A stretch of 64,000 nt of DNA from an uncultured Acidobacteriota bacterium (GTDB lineage: Bacteria; Acidobacteriota; UBA6911), in assembly GCA_963809485.1 (NCBI GenBank), contig CAWEJX010000008.1:416001-480000 (forward strand), written 5' to 3'. The position numbers and the translations under genes are program-made. The first letter of the stretch is position 1. Each line of letters begins with the position of its first letter. The notes beneath the pieces are model-generated. The model was not told the origin of the DNA. It worked only from the letters and a program-made list of their open reading frames with translations, and ran no database searches. Positions 53,082-62,973 of the stretch are shown here, piece after piece.

Positions 53082-53582
53082 TCAGGATAGCCTCTTCACT
53101 AATGTAAGCTTATCGTCCCCGACCTCGTAGAAATCTCCTGTTCTGTAAATTTCCCCATAGCCGAGACGGCGATAAAACTCAACGGTACTTGCGTAGGATA
53201 ATTTGGAGGAAGTCTCCACGGCCAGAAGCGGGAGTTTCTGCTCCAGCGCTTTGCCTTCCACGTAAGCCATCAACGCGCGCCCGGAACCCTGCCCTCTCGA
53301 GCCCGGGTGCGTCGCGATCCAGTAGAGATCGAAAGCTCCGCGTGTCAGCGGCACAGGCCCCCAGCACGCGTAGGCATGCACCTCAGACGCGCGATCCAGC
53401 GCCACGGCAACACGGTAATCCGTCTGCCTTTCGTCCGTGAGATAAATATCCGCCCGTTCCAGGGCGCACTCGATTTCCGTTTGGCTGAAGTTTCCCGCGG
53501 ACACGACGATATCGGCGACCGCGGCGCGGTCGGCCGGGATCATAGGCCGGATGAACACGGATGGGGGGTCGTCAGATTGCAT
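53082..53582 (-). CDS. GNAT N-acetyltransferase
   Basis: DLYWIATHP..RGQGSGRAL, VETSS, FYRRLGY. Confidence 0.88.
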   Translation of the reverse strand: MQSDDPPSVFIRPMIPADRAAVADIVVSAGNFSQTEIECALERADIYLTDERQTDYRVAVALDRASEVHAYACWGPVPLTRGAFDLYWIATHPGSRGQGSGRALMAYVEGKALEQKLPLLAVETSSKLSYASTVEFYRRLGYGEIYRTGDFYEVGDDKLTLVKRLS

Positions 53583-54615
53583 AAACGGCGGCGACTACCT
53601 TTGCGCCACGCTCCATGGCCGCTTGACTGATCCGCAGAATAATGTCGGCATAGGAATATCCGGCGGCGTTTGCGGCCCTTGCGAATCCAGCCCTGGGAGA
53701 AATGTCCGGATTCGGGTTGACTTCGAGTACATGAATACATCCGCGAGAGTCGGTACGCATATCGACGCGAGCGTAGTCCCGGCAACCGATACACTGATGG
53801 CTTCGAATGGCAATGTCCCTGATCCGCTTCTCGAGCCGTCTGGTGATATTCGCGGGACAGATCGGGACGGTGCAGCGGTACAGGGGGCTTTCTTCGTCCC
53901 ACTTGGCGCGATAGCTCACAATTTTCGGCTCATCCTCCGGCAGACCGGAAAAATCTATTTCGGAAATGGCCAGCACTTCGGGATTCTGATGACCCACGAC
54001 CGAAACGTTGAATTCCCTGCCGTCCAGGTATTCCTCGACGAGGGCCTCCTGCTCGTAGATATCGTGGATGTACCGGATCTGTTTCTGGAGCTGCTCCGGA
54101 TTGCGGCAGACAGAGTGGCTGTTGATTCCCAGGCTGGCGTCCTGGCGCGAAGGCTTGACGATCATGGGGAAGCGCATGCCGCGCGGGATCGTGAGCTTCT
54201 GCCCCGGATAGCGCACATACCCGCGGGGCGTCGGGATCCCGGCAGACCTCAGAATCTGCTTGACGTGAAATTTGTTCAGGGCAAGCCCCAAGGCAAAGGG
54301 ATCCGAACCCGTGTACGGGATGCCCATCAATTCCAGAAGGCCCGCCATGCACATCTCCAGCTCGCATTTTCCATTGAGCTCTTCGCAGAGATTGAAGACA
54401 AACTTGGGCGCGATTTCTTTGAGAGTCTCGATCAGTTCCCTGGAGAAGCAATCGACGGACAGAACGTAGGGACGGAATCCGCGGCCTCTCAGACTCTCCT
54501 CGATAGCCCCCACTTCCTCGCGCAGGATGTTGGCGGGATAGATAATCTCCTCGCAGGCATTGCGATCCGAGATGATAGCCGCGTTGTAGAGAACGACACA
54601 GTCGTAGGATTCCAT
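53572..54615 (-). CDS. Ddl-like ATP-grasp ligase 2
   Basis: VFNLCE, GIPYTGS, IVKPSRQDASLGI, EEYLDGREF, KW, DYARVDMR, LEVNPNP. Start overlaps the upstream stop (TGATG). Confidence 0.88.
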   Translation of the reverse strand: MESYDCVVLYNAAIISDRNACEEIIYPANILREEVGAIEESLRGRGFRPYVLSVDCFSRELIETLKEIAPKFVFNLCEELNGKCELEMCMAGLLELMGIPYTGSDPFALGLALNKFHVKQILRSAGIPTPRGYVRYPGQKLTIPRGMRFPMIVKPSRQDASLGINSHSVCRNPEQLQKQIRYIHDIYEQEALVEEYLDGREFNVSVVGHQNPEVLAISEIDFSGLPEDEPKIVSYRAKWDEESPLYRCTVPICPANITRRLEKRIRDIAIRSHQCIGCRDYARVDMRTDSRGCIHVLEVNPNPDISPRAGFARAANAAGYSYADIILRISQAAMERGAKVVAAVYAI

Positions 54616-55640
54616 CACGCCAACCCGTGTCGCCTGCAGGCGATGTCCAAGACCGAGTTGATCAGCCGGTTGTAGCTCATACCCGCCGCGCGGGCGGCTT
54701 TCGGAAAACAGGAGTTGTCCTCCGGGCGCGGAAGGATGCCCGGCAGAGGGTTCAGTTCCATGATATGCGGCCGCCCCGCCGCGTCCAGGCGGACATCGAC
54801 GCGGCACCAGTCGCGGCACCTCAAGATCGAGTAGGCGCGCAGGGAGGCGTCTTCTATTTCGGCCCGCAGCCCGTCGCTCAGGCGGGCCGGGCACTCGAAT
54901 ATCTTCAGGGGATTGGCGCTCTGATCCCAAATCCACTTGGCTTCGTACGAATAAATGGGATGGACGCCCGCCGGAAGAGAGTCGAATAGAATCTCCACGA
55001 TCGGAAGAACGCGCACTTCGCTTCCGTTTCCCAGGATGGCGACCGTGAATTCCCGGCCCGGAAGGAATTCCTCGACAAGAGCGGGTTCATGATAATTGTC
55101 GAGCAGCCACAGGACGCGCTCCTGCATCTCCCGCCGCGTATTCACGAGCGAGTTGTCGCGGATCCCCATGCTGGAGCCTTCGTACAACGGCTTCACCATC
55201 AACGGGTAGTGAAGGCTGTTGAAGGACACATCGCGGTCTCTCACAACCCGGAAGCGCGATGTCGGGATGCCGTAATAGGAGAGGATTTCCTTGGTCCTGG
55301 ATTTGTCCAGGCAGATGTTCAGGGTGAGGGGATCGCTGGCGGTATAGGGAATCCCGAGATGCTCCAGTATGGACGGGATATATCCTTCCCTGCAAGGGCC
55401 GGAAGAACCTTCCGCAATATTAAACACGATATCAGGCCGGGTCTTCTCCAGGAGGTCGTAGGCATCGTCGGCGGCGTCGATCCGGATGACCTCGTGCCGC
55501 TCTTCCAACGCGCTTTGAACCGCAAAAATGGTTTCCGGGGCATCCCACTCCGCCTGAACGTCCGACCGGCCGCTACTCGGGGGCTCCGATGAATCTTCGG
55601 CGTCACCCCTTTTCATATTAAAAGTTAGCCCAACTCTCAT
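54615..55640 (-). CDS. Ddl-like ATP-grasp ligase 1
   Basis: VFNIAEG, GIPYTASD, VKPLYEGSSMGI, EEFLPGREFTV, RVDVRLD, ELNPLPG. Confidence 0.88.
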   Translation of the reverse strand: MRVGLTFNMKRGDAEDSSEPPSSGRSDVQAEWDAPETIFAVQSALEERHEVIRIDAADDAYDLLEKTRPDIVFNIAEGSSGPCREGYIPSILEHLGIPYTASDPLTLNICLDKSRTKEILSYYGIPTSRFRVVRDRDVSFNSLHYPLMVKPLYEGSSMGIRDNSLVNTRREMQERVLWLLDNYHEPALVEEFLPGREFTVAILGNGSEVRVLPIVEILFDSLPAGVHPIYSYEAKWIWDQSANPLKIFECPARLSDGLRAEIEDASLRAYSILRCRDWCRVDVRLDAAGRPHIMELNPLPGILPRPEDNSCFPKAARAAGMSYNRLINSVLDIACRRHGLA

Positions 55641-55662
55641 CGAACCCGACCTTTCGCAACCT

Positions 55663-55691
55663 GATATAAGGGAATCGCAATTCCTTGTCAA
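55663..55691 (-). promoter_or_regulatory. Sigma70 promoter of the ATP-grasp/KamA operon
   Basis: TTGACA-17 bp-TATATC. Confidence 0.6.
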
Positions 55692-55790
55692 GAATTTTTT
55701 CAAATTTTATACAAGATAATGGGGCAAAATCTTCTTTGAATACAAAATCTAGGGGGTAACTTGTGACACATAATCCGCTTTCCGCCCACA

Positions 55791-55807
55791 AGCAAGAATC
55801 AGGCCAA
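55791..55807 (-). promoter_or_regulatory. Candidate sigma54 (-24/-12) promoter of the same operon
   Basis: TTGGCCTGATTCTTGCT with correct GG-N10-GC spacing. Confidence 0.45.
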
Positions 55808-56197
55808 TCCCCTCCCGGAGCCGCGCAAAACGGCCGTTTGGCATAATTCGAGGCTCGAAAGTTAAGATTCGAAATTGGTTTTCATAATTAATCAAACGCC
55901 GGCTGGGGGGCAAAAACACTAGGGCGCGTGCCGGACGAGCCGACCGCGCTGTCTGCAAAATGGTTTAGGAAATTGGATCAATTACGAAAGGGCTCGCGGG
56001 AAGGCGCAGCATTTCAAAGATTCTAAAATCGAAATTGGACATTCGAAATTTGATAAAGAAATTCCGGCCTGAGGGATTCCATGGCGTCCCTCCCCCCATT
56101 AAAATTTTTTTTTGCGGAACCTGAATTTCGAAGCCCGGGCCCCGTTCCTCAGGTATAATGACGCACCACATATGCGGGACTTGAGGAGTTTTGAAAG

Positions 56198-56716
56198 ATG
56201 ATGGCCCCGGAACACGGCAGCGGAATTTATGCGCGCTTCCTGCTGGCCGCAGCGTGGGGCATCCTCTGCCTGTCCTTCACGGCCGCGCCGGTCCTTGCAG
56301 CGCATGCCTTCGATAGGACCGCGGCGGTCCTTTACCTTTTCTTTTCCTTTATCTGCCATCAGATTCCGGAACGCTCGTTCCTGGTTTGCGGACACACGCT
56401 GGCCGTATGCCATCGATGTTCCGGCATCTATCTCGGTCTTTTCCTGGCAGCGCCTATCGATCTTTCCTTTATCCATAAATCACCGCGCGTCCGGAGGTGT
56501 TGGGTTCTGGCCGCGACGGTTCCGCTCGTGCTCGATGCGCTTCTGCCCTGCGTCGGGCTCTGGCACAGCGGCGATCTCAGCCGCTTTCTGACGGGCATGC
56601 TGTTCGGGACCGCGGCCGCGCCGCTGCTGGTGCGCGGCGTGACGGAGCTTTTGCAGGAAGCCCCATGGCGGCGCTTCCCGCTCCGCAACCTGTCTTTCAA
56701 GGGAGGCCTTTCATGA
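56198..56716 (+). CDS. DUF2085 membrane protein
   Basis: FSFICHQIPERSF..AVCHRCSGIYLG. Confidence 0.8.
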   Translation: MMAPEHGSGIYARFLLAAAWGILCLSFTAAPVLAAHAFDRTAAVLYLFFSFICHQIPERSFLVCGHTLAVCHRCSGIYLGLFLAAPIDLSFIHKSPRVRRCWVLAATVPLVLDALLPCVGLWHSGDLSRFLTGMLFGTAAAPLLVRGVTELLQEAPWRRFPLRNLSFKGGLS

Positions 56717-57276
56717 ACGACGCAGGAATGCTCAAGCCGGCCTTAATCGGCGGAGTTCTCCTTGGTATCCTTTCCGCTCTGCCCGTTATCAGTCTCTTCA
56801 ATTGCCTCTGCTGCGCCTGGGTCATCGGGGGCGGGATACTCGCGGCCTATCTCTACGTGAAAGACTCTCCCGTCGCCGTGACGCTGGGACGCGGGGTGGC
56901 CCTCGGCCTGATGACGGGCATCATCGGCACGATCGTCAGCGGGCTGTTCATGGTGCCCCTGTTCATGCTCTGGAACCGGGGAGGCGTCGGCATCATGGAA
57001 CAGGTCCGGGAAGCTCTCGAACGGATTCCCAACCTCCCGCCCGAGGCAGAAGAATCAATCCGTGCCTTGTCGGAAAGGGGAGGCATGGACGTCTTCTTTT
57101 TCGCCACCAGCCTGATTTTCATGCTGGGGACCTATTGCCTGGTAGCCATGCTGGGAGGCGCGATAGGAGTGGCGATCTTTGAGAGGCGAAAATCGAATTC
57201 AGCGCCGGGCCATGGGACCCCGCCGCCGTCGGAACCCCCGGTAAATATTCCCCCTCCCCCGCCGCCGGATGTATAA
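56713..57276 (+). CDS. Hypothetical membrane protein
   Basis: ATGA overlap at 56713; KPALIGGVLLGILSALP..NCLCCAW; Pro-rich tail. Confidence 0.75.
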   Translation: MNDAGMLKPALIGGVLLGILSALPVISLFNCLCCAWVIGGGILAAYLYVKDSPVAVTLGRGVALGLMTGIIGTIVSGLFMVPLFMLWNRGGVGIMEQVREALERIPNLPPEAEESIRALSERGGMDVFFFATSLIFMLGTYCLVAMLGGAIGVAIFERRKSNSAPGHGTPPPSEPPVNIPPPPPPDV

Positions 57277-57297
57277 AAGATACTCCGAAATCCTGAT

Positions 57298-57654
57298 TTT
57301 CGTGAGGACGGGTCCGTAAAGACTGTCTCAAAACTGCCGACGAGAATCTCGCTATAGTCGTTTTGGGACCGACTCTGGGGGTCCGCCCATAAATTTTAAC
57401 GCTGAGAAACGCTGATAAAAGCGCTGATAAACGCCGATTTGTCGGCGAAGGTCGGCGTAACTCCTCCAACCGCTTTGAGCGGTACAAATCCTTCAAGCCT
57501 CCAGCTTTGCCGGAGGCACCTGAAATAAATATTATTTTCCCGGCATTTTTTATTGGTTGGGTAAGGACGGCCCTCCGGAAACTTTCTCAAAACTGCCCGC
57601 GAGGATCACACGACAGTCGTTTGAGACGGTCTCTGAAGACCCGTCCTCACGAAA
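57298..57654. mobile_element. MITE-like element with ~40-bp imperfect terminal inverted repeats, containing an inverted partial copy 4 (57393-57523) of the IS200/IS605-type element
   Basis: tttcgtgaggacgggtc..agactgtctcaaa / tttgagacggtct..gacccgtcctcacgaaa; the inner sequence is the reverse complement of parts of 14635-15037. Confidence 0.7.
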
Positions 57655-57733
57655 CATTATTCCTATCGGGCGGATCAGGAGAGCCGTGCTCACTAAAAGA
57701 ACTCCTAAAAGATGTTCCTGAAATTCGGGCTCT

Positions 57734-58660
57734 TTATTCGCAGGGCAGTGGCGCATCCGACCCGGGATTCTGCCGGCGGCCCGCCCAATTTTCATATTCA
57801 ATCTGGATCGTCGTGTGCGCAAAGCGGTATTTCTCCCTCATGATACGGCTCAACTCGGCCAGGGCCGGTCCTGCATCCACTCCTTCCTTCAGCACGACGT
57901 GGCAGCTCATCGCGGTTGTTTCCGGCGTAATGGACCAAACGTGAAGGTCGTGAACCGAAACCACTCCGTGCATGGAACCGAGGTCTCTCAAAATGTGCTG
58001 AATTTTCATGTGGCGCGGCGTGCCCTCGAGCAGGACGTCCACGCTCTCTCTCACCAGTTCCCAGGAACTGTACAGCACCAGCATTCCCACCAGGGTCGAC
58101 ACGACCGGGTCCGCCAGATACCATTGCCGCAGCAGCATCATGAGTCCGGCGATGATCACCCCGATGGACCCCAGGGTGTCTCCCAGCACATGAAGAAAGG
58201 CGCCTCTCAGATTCAGGCTCTCCAGCCGGCTGCCGTATAGCAGCCGCGCCGTAACCAGGTTGGCCAGAAGGCCGGCGACCGCCACAGCCAGCATCGGGCC
58301 GCTCTTCACCTCCGGCGGCGCCAGGAAGCGCCGGTAAGATTCATAGAAAATGTAAAGCCCGATCAGTATGAGGAATATTCCATTGGCGAGGGCGGCCAGA
58401 ATCTCCGCGCGCAGCCACCCGTAAGTCTTTTCATGCGTCGCCGGACGCGCGGAAATCTTGAGGGCAAAAAGGCTCAGACCGAGCGCGGCAAGGTCCGTCA
58501 GCATATGCGCAGCGTCGGCCAGCAAGGCCAGACTGTTCGCATAAATCCCCCCCGCCAGCTCGATGATGAACCAGGTTCCGGTGATGGCCAGCGCCTGCAC
58601 CAGCCGCCTTTGTCCATTATGTTTCTGTTCGATATGCGAACTATGATGGCTCATGTCCAT
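57734..58660 (-). CDS. Cation diffusion facilitator (CzcD/ZitB-like)
   Basis: SLALLADAAHMLTD, TYGWLRAEILAAL, NLRGAFLHVLGD, VHDLHVW, HTTIQIE. Confidence 0.93.
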   Translation of the reverse strand: MDMSHHSSHIEQKHNGQRRLVQALAITGTWFIIELAGGIYANSLALLADAAHMLTDLAALGLSLFALKISARPATHEKTYGWLRAEILAALANGIFLILIGLYIFYESYRRFLAPPEVKSGPMLAVAVAGLLANLVTARLLYGSRLESLNLRGAFLHVLGDTLGSIGVIIAGLMMLLRQWYLADPVVSTLVGMLVLYSSWELVRESVDVLLEGTPRHMKIQHILRDLGSMHGVVSVHDLHVWSITPETTAMSCHVVLKEGVDAGPALAELSRIMREKYRFAHTTIQIEYENWAGRRQNPGSDAPLPCE

Positions 58661-58676
58661 GCAAGGGAGCGGAGAA

Positions 58677-58762
58677 AATTACGAATTACGAATGACGAAT
58701 TACGAATGAAAACAAGCATCGAATGTTTCAATTCGTCATTCGTAATTCGTATTTCGTAATTC
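58677..58762. repeat. Heptamer (TTACGAA-type) tandem arrays in inverted orientation
   Basis: aattacg-aattacg-aatgacg-aattacg...ttcgtca-ttcgtaa-ttcgtat-ttcgtaa. Confidence 0.85.
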
Positions 58763-59222
58763 ATTTGGCGGCTTGTTTACGGGCGAATTCGCCGATAAAC
58801 GGGATCATGTAGCGTTCCCTGCTATAGGCTTTATACATCAGGAACAGCCAATAACAGAAAATCGCCAGGCTGATCAATTTGCTGATCATGTTAAGGATCG
58901 GCCAGAGAAATCCGAAGGGGAAGAATATGCCCCAGATGACGCTGTTCCAGATCGCCCAGAAAACCATTGCGACAATAGTGAAGAAGATGGACTGAAACGC
59001 GTGAAAACGCACAAACGAATCACGCTTGTAGGGCTCCATCGCCAGAAAAAGGATCCCGGTGATGAGCCACAGCAGATAGCACAGCGCCGCAGCCACGTGG
59101 GAGGTCATGCCGGCCCCGGAAGCCGGTTCGCGGCCGCCGGCAGCCGAAACGGGAGATCCGCAAACGGTGCAAAAGACAGCGCCCTCCGCAAGAACCGAAC
59201 CGCATTTCGTGCAAGCCGCCAT
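58761..59222 (-). CDS. Zinc-ribbon plus DUF4870-like membrane protein
   Basis: CTKCG..FCTVCG, AAALCYL, FVRFHAFQS, YMIPFIG. Confidence 0.8.
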   Translation of the reverse strand: MAACTKCGSVLAEGAVFCTVCGSPVSAAGGREPASGAGMTSHVAAALCYLLWLITGILFLAMEPYKRDSFVRFHAFQSIFFTIVAMVFWAIWNSVIWGIFFPFGFLWPILNMISKLISLAIFCYWLFLMYKAYSRERYMIPFIGEFARKQAAK

Positions 59223-59331
59223 TCTATTCCCTCCTGATATCGTGTTTGACAATGCAATAGCACACTCGCCCCTGTGAACTCAATGAATAAGAAAATTCAT
59301 CATTCGGGATTCGTCATTCCCCGATGGAACG

Positions 59332-59580
59332 AGTCAGGTACCTCCGGCAAAGATGGAAGCTTTGCGGTTGCCGGCCTCTCGAGGCGGTCTGATCTCAACC
59401 GATAAAGGATTAAACCGATTCCAACCGCAAAAAACATCTGAAAAGCCTTTTGAACCGCAGAATGTCGAATAATGAATGATGAATTTCGAGGTCATAACTT
59501 CTGCGGTTTGATATTCGACATTCGATATTCGATATTCAAAGCTGATACTGCCTCACCAGCAGAGCCGGTGGATCGCCCAT
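59332..59580. mobile_element. Degenerate related IS200/IS605-type element carrying heptamer repeats
   Basis: agtcaggtacctccggcaaag at one end, caccagcagagccggtg at the other, internal (ttcgata)n. Confidence 0.5.
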
Positions 59581-59608
59581 TGGATTCAACAATTCCCGAC
59601 AGAACGAA

Positions 59609-62068
59609 CTAAAGCAGGGAGAGGGGATCAACGTCGACGTGGATTCTGGAGGAGGAAACCTTGTGGCGGGCAAGATCTTCAAAGCATCCCTGGAGCAACG
59701 CCGTAGCGTTTGAATCGGAAAACCATTTCACCAATATCTGCACCCTATGGTTGCCGCGCAGTTTTTCCAGGGGCGCCGGCGCCGGACCCAGCACGCGCGG
59801 CCTCGATCCTTCCGCGCAACCGCGAAAATGTTCTTTCAAACTGCCCGCGACTTTTTCGGCTGTCCGGTTCGCCCTGGATGAGTCAGGATCCGCGATCAGT
59901 ATCTGTATCAGGTTCCGGAATGGGGGATATCCCATCAACCGCCTGAATTCTATCTCCTGGCTGTAGAACCCTGCGTAATCCTGTTTCCTGGCGAAACGCA
60001 GCGCGTAATTTTCCGGATAAAACGACTGCAAAATCACCCTGCCCGGCGCCGATCCCCTGCCTGCCCTGCCCGCAACCTGGGTCAGCAGTTGAAACGTTCG
60101 TTCCGCCGAACGGAAATCGGGAAAAGCGAGCCCGGAGTCCGCTGCAACGACACCAACCAGGGTGACGTCGGGAAAGTCATGCCCTTTGGCCAGAATCTGG
60201 GTCCCGACCAGTAGGTCCAGTTTTCGCCGGGCGAAGTCGAGCAGGGTTGTCCGTAACGCCCCGCGCCGGCGCGATATGTCCCGGTCCAGGCGCGCGATGC
60301 GCGCCGCAGGCAGCAGCGAACGAAGGATGCTTTCGAGCTGCTCCGTGCCCACGCCCGCATAGTATATGTAGGGACCGCCGCAGTTGGTGCAAAGGGACGG
60401 CACCTCCCGCTCCTGTCCGCAGTAGTGACAGGTCAGCGTGTTCTCCTGCTGATGATAGGTCATGCTGACGCTGCAGTCCGTGCAGGTATAAACGTGCCCG
60501 CAGCTGCGGCACAGCAGGGTCCGCGAATAACCCCGCCGGTTCAGCAGAACAATCGCCTGCTCGCCGCGCCGCATGCAGCTGTGCAGCTCCTCCTCCAGCG
60601 TGTGCGACAGAACGGTGTTTTTGCCGTGCCGCTGGAACTCGACGCTCATATCCACGATGGTCACCTGCGGCAAGGGCTTCGCGTCGATCCGCTCCGGCAG
60701 CGAGAAATATTTTATGTCGTTTTTTCCTACGGCCGAGTAATAGGTCTCAACCGAAGGCGTCGCCGAGCCCATCAGCAATACCCCGTTCGTCTGCTGCAGG
60801 CGGTGCCACGCCACTTCGCGAGCGTTGTAGCAGGGCGACTCGTCCTGCTTGTAGGACCCGTCCTGCTCTTCGTCGATAACGACGAGGCGCAAATTCTCCA
60901 GCGGCGCGAAAACCGCGGACCGCGTACCGACCACAACGCTCGACGCTCCTTCGCGAATCCTGCGCCACTGATCGAATCGCTCTCCCGACGACATGCCGCT
61001 GTGCAGCAGGGACACCCGGCCGGGAAAGCGGGACACGACCAGCCGGCTTAGCAGGGGCGTCAGCCCAATTTCCGGCACGAGGAACAATGCGGTCTCTTCC
61101 CGCTTCACGACCTCGGCGATCAGCCTGAGGTATATCTCGGTTTTTCCGCTTCCCGTAATCCCGTGAATCAGGCAGCGCTCCGCTCTGCGTTGCAGGATAA
61201 TTTCCAGAATTTTTTCCACCAGCTCCTTTTGGGAAGGCGTAAGCGTCAAGTGAGCGGCTGCTTCAACCTCGGCCAGATCGGCCGGCACACGATCGATCCT
61301 CGCCGGTCCAATGGCAACAAGGCCCTTCCGTTCCAGGGACCGTGCCGTACTGAGATTGGTTTGGGCAGCTCGCACAGCCTCCTGAAGCAGAATGGGATCG
61401 CGAGCGGATTCGAGAATGGATAATAGCCTTTTCTGCCCGGGAGCCAATCCTTCAAGGATTTCCGGTCCGGCGGGGAGCGCACGAATTCCAAGCTGCTCTT
61501 TTGCTTTTACCCTCGGCTGATCCGGAAGCGTTTCCACTTGAATCCAGCCGCCGGCCAGCAGGGATTCAATCCATCTGTTGGCATTGCGCATTCCGGAATG
61601 GTCCGCCAGTTCTCTGGCGGTCATGGTTGTTGCCTGCGCCAGGATATCGAGCAGTTCATTCTCCTGAGGACGCAATCCCGGCGGCCGCAGCCCGCCGCCC
61701 AGAAGCGTCGCCGCCTTTGCCGTAAGAGCAATCCTTCGGGCCCCCGTAATCTCTGTCCCCGCCGGGAACAGCGCCCTGAAGACTTCTCCGGGAGGCGCAA
61801 AATAGTAGCGCGCAACCCACAGCGCCGTATCCACCAGCGAAACGGGGATTGCGGGTTTGATATCAAGCAGCTGCCTGACGTTGCGCAGTTTCAGGCTGCC
61901 CACCTGGGACGGATCTGGAATTCCGACAACATACCCGGTCACAAGTTTGCGGCCAAAAGGAGCCAGCACGCGCATGCCTGCCGAGACCGGGCCCAGCTCC
62001 CGCGGCACATTATAAGTAAAGGTCTTGCGCACTCCGACCGGCACAGCTACATCGACAATGGTGGACAT
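59609..62068 (-). CDS. priA: Primosomal protein N'
   Basis: GITGSGKTEIY, LVPEIGLT, IDEEQD, LNRRGY, Cys-rich zinc region, KGHDFP, QVAGRAGR, VDVDP. Confidence 0.96.
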   Translation of the reverse strand: MSTIVDVAVPVGVRKTFTYNVPRELGPVSAGMRVLAPFGRKLVTGYVVGIPDPSQVGSLKLRNVRQLLDIKPAIPVSLVDTALWVARYYFAPPGEVFRALFPAGTEITGARRIALTAKAATLLGGGLRPPGLRPQENELLDILAQATTMTARELADHSGMRNANRWIESLLAGGWIQVETLPDQPRVKAKEQLGIRALPAGPEILEGLAPGQKRLLSILESARDPILLQEAVRAAQTNLSTARSLERKGLVAIGPARIDRVPADLAEVEAAAHLTLTPSQKELVEKILEIILQRRAERCLIHGITGSGKTEIYLRLIAEVVKREETALFLVPEIGLTPLLSRLVVSRFPGRVSLLHSGMSSGERFDQWRRIREGASSVVVGTRSAVFAPLENLRLVVIDEEQDGSYKQDESPCYNAREVAWHRLQQTNGVLLMGSATPSVETYYSAVGKNDIKYFSLPERIDAKPLPQVTIVDMSVEFQRHGKNTVLSHTLEEELHSCMRRGEQAIVLLNRRGYSRTLLCRSCGHVYTCTDCSVSMTYHQQENTLTCHYCGQEREVPSLCTNCGGPYIYYAGVGTEQLESILRSLLPAARIARLDRDISRRRGALRTTLLDFARRKLDLLVGTQILAKGHDFPDVTLVGVVAADSGLAFPDFRSAERTFQLLTQVAGRAGRGSAPGRVILQSFYPENYALRFARKQDYAGFYSQEIEFRRLMGYPPFRNLIQILIADPDSSRANRTAEKVAGSLKEHFRGCAEGSRPRVLGPAPAPLEKLRGNHRVQILVKWFSDSNATALLQGCFEDLARHKVSSSRIHVDVDPLSLL

Positions 62069-62071
62069 AGG

Positions 62072-62146
62072 AATTTACAATTGACGATTGACGATTGGAA
62101 ACAAACCGTGGAGGATTTTCAATTGTCAATCGTCAATTGTCAGTTG
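62072..62146. repeat. Heptamer (TTGACGA-type) inverted arrays
   Basis: aatttac-aattgac-gattgac-gattgg...tcaattg-tcaatcg-tcaattg-tcagttg. Confidence 0.8.
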
Positions 62147-62148
62147 AG

Positions 62149-62973
62149 TCAGGGTTTGTTCCGGGTCCGCAGGGAAAGCAAATAGTCGCGGACGATCTGC
62201 ACGTCCTCCCAGACTTTGCGCTTTTCGTTTGGATTTCTCAACAGATAGGCGGGATGGAAGGTTGCCATCAGTTTGATGCCCCTGTAATCCAACAGCCGCC
62301 CGCGGAGCCTGCCGATAGGTTCTTTCGTGCGCAGGAGCGTTTGAGACCCGAATAATCCCAGGGCGCAAATCACCTTCGGTTTCACCGCAGCAATCTGACG
62401 AAACAGGAAGGGCTCGCACGCCCCGATCTCGTCCAGCTCGGGATTGCGGTTTTCGGGAGGACGGCATTTGAGAATATTACAGATATAGACTTCCTCCCTG
62501 CTCATTCCCATTGCCTCGATGATCCGGGTGAGCAAATGTCCCGCTCTGCCGACAAACGGCAGGCCCTGCTCGTCTTCATCCGCTCCCGGTGCTTCCCCGA
62601 CAAACATGAGCTCCGCATGCGGATTTCCGGATCCGAAAACGATGTTCTGGCGGGTCGGGCAAAGCTTGCAGCGGCGGCAATCGTTCAGATCGGCTCGTAT
62701 GGCCTCCAGCGATTCCTCCGCCGTTGAAATTGAATCCACCACGGAAATGCCCGCCATCGTTTTTTGCGTGGCGGCCGGCATCGCCGGTTTTCGCGCAGGC
62801 ACCGGGGGGATAGCGGTTTGGGGAACAGGCGCAACCGAGGCCGAGGGCGTGACAGGCTTGCCTGCTGCCGGCCGCTTCCTCGGTTCCTGCTTCCCAACCC
62901 ATTGAACGCCCAGGCTACGGTAAAGCTTGAGATGGCCCAGGATCTGTTCCTCGAGTTGACTCTTATGGCTCAT
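62149..62973 (-). CDS. Family-4 (Fe-S) uracil-DNA glycosylase
   Basis: CRRCKLC, VGEAPGADED..PFVGRAG, KCRPPENR, TFHPAYLLR. Confidence 0.93.
   Translation of the reverse strand: MSHKSQLEEQILGHLKLYRSLGVQWVGKQEPRKRPAAGKPVTPSASVAPVPQTAIPPVPARKPAMPAATQKTMAGISVVDSISTAEESLEAIRADLNDCRRCKLCPTRQNIVFGSGNPHAELMFVGEAPGADEDEQGLPFVGRAGHLLTRIIEAMGMSREEVYICNILKCRPPENRNPELDEIGACEPFLFRQIAAVKPKVICALGLFGSQTLLRTKEPIGRLRGRLLDYRGIKLMATFHPAYLLRNPNEKRKVWEDVQIVRDYLLSLRTRNKP

Noticed and set aside
53572-55640. Calling the ATP-grasp genes ddl or van resistance ligases
   Set aside because: The N-terminal GGxSxEH motif is missing, and there is no mur or van gene context.
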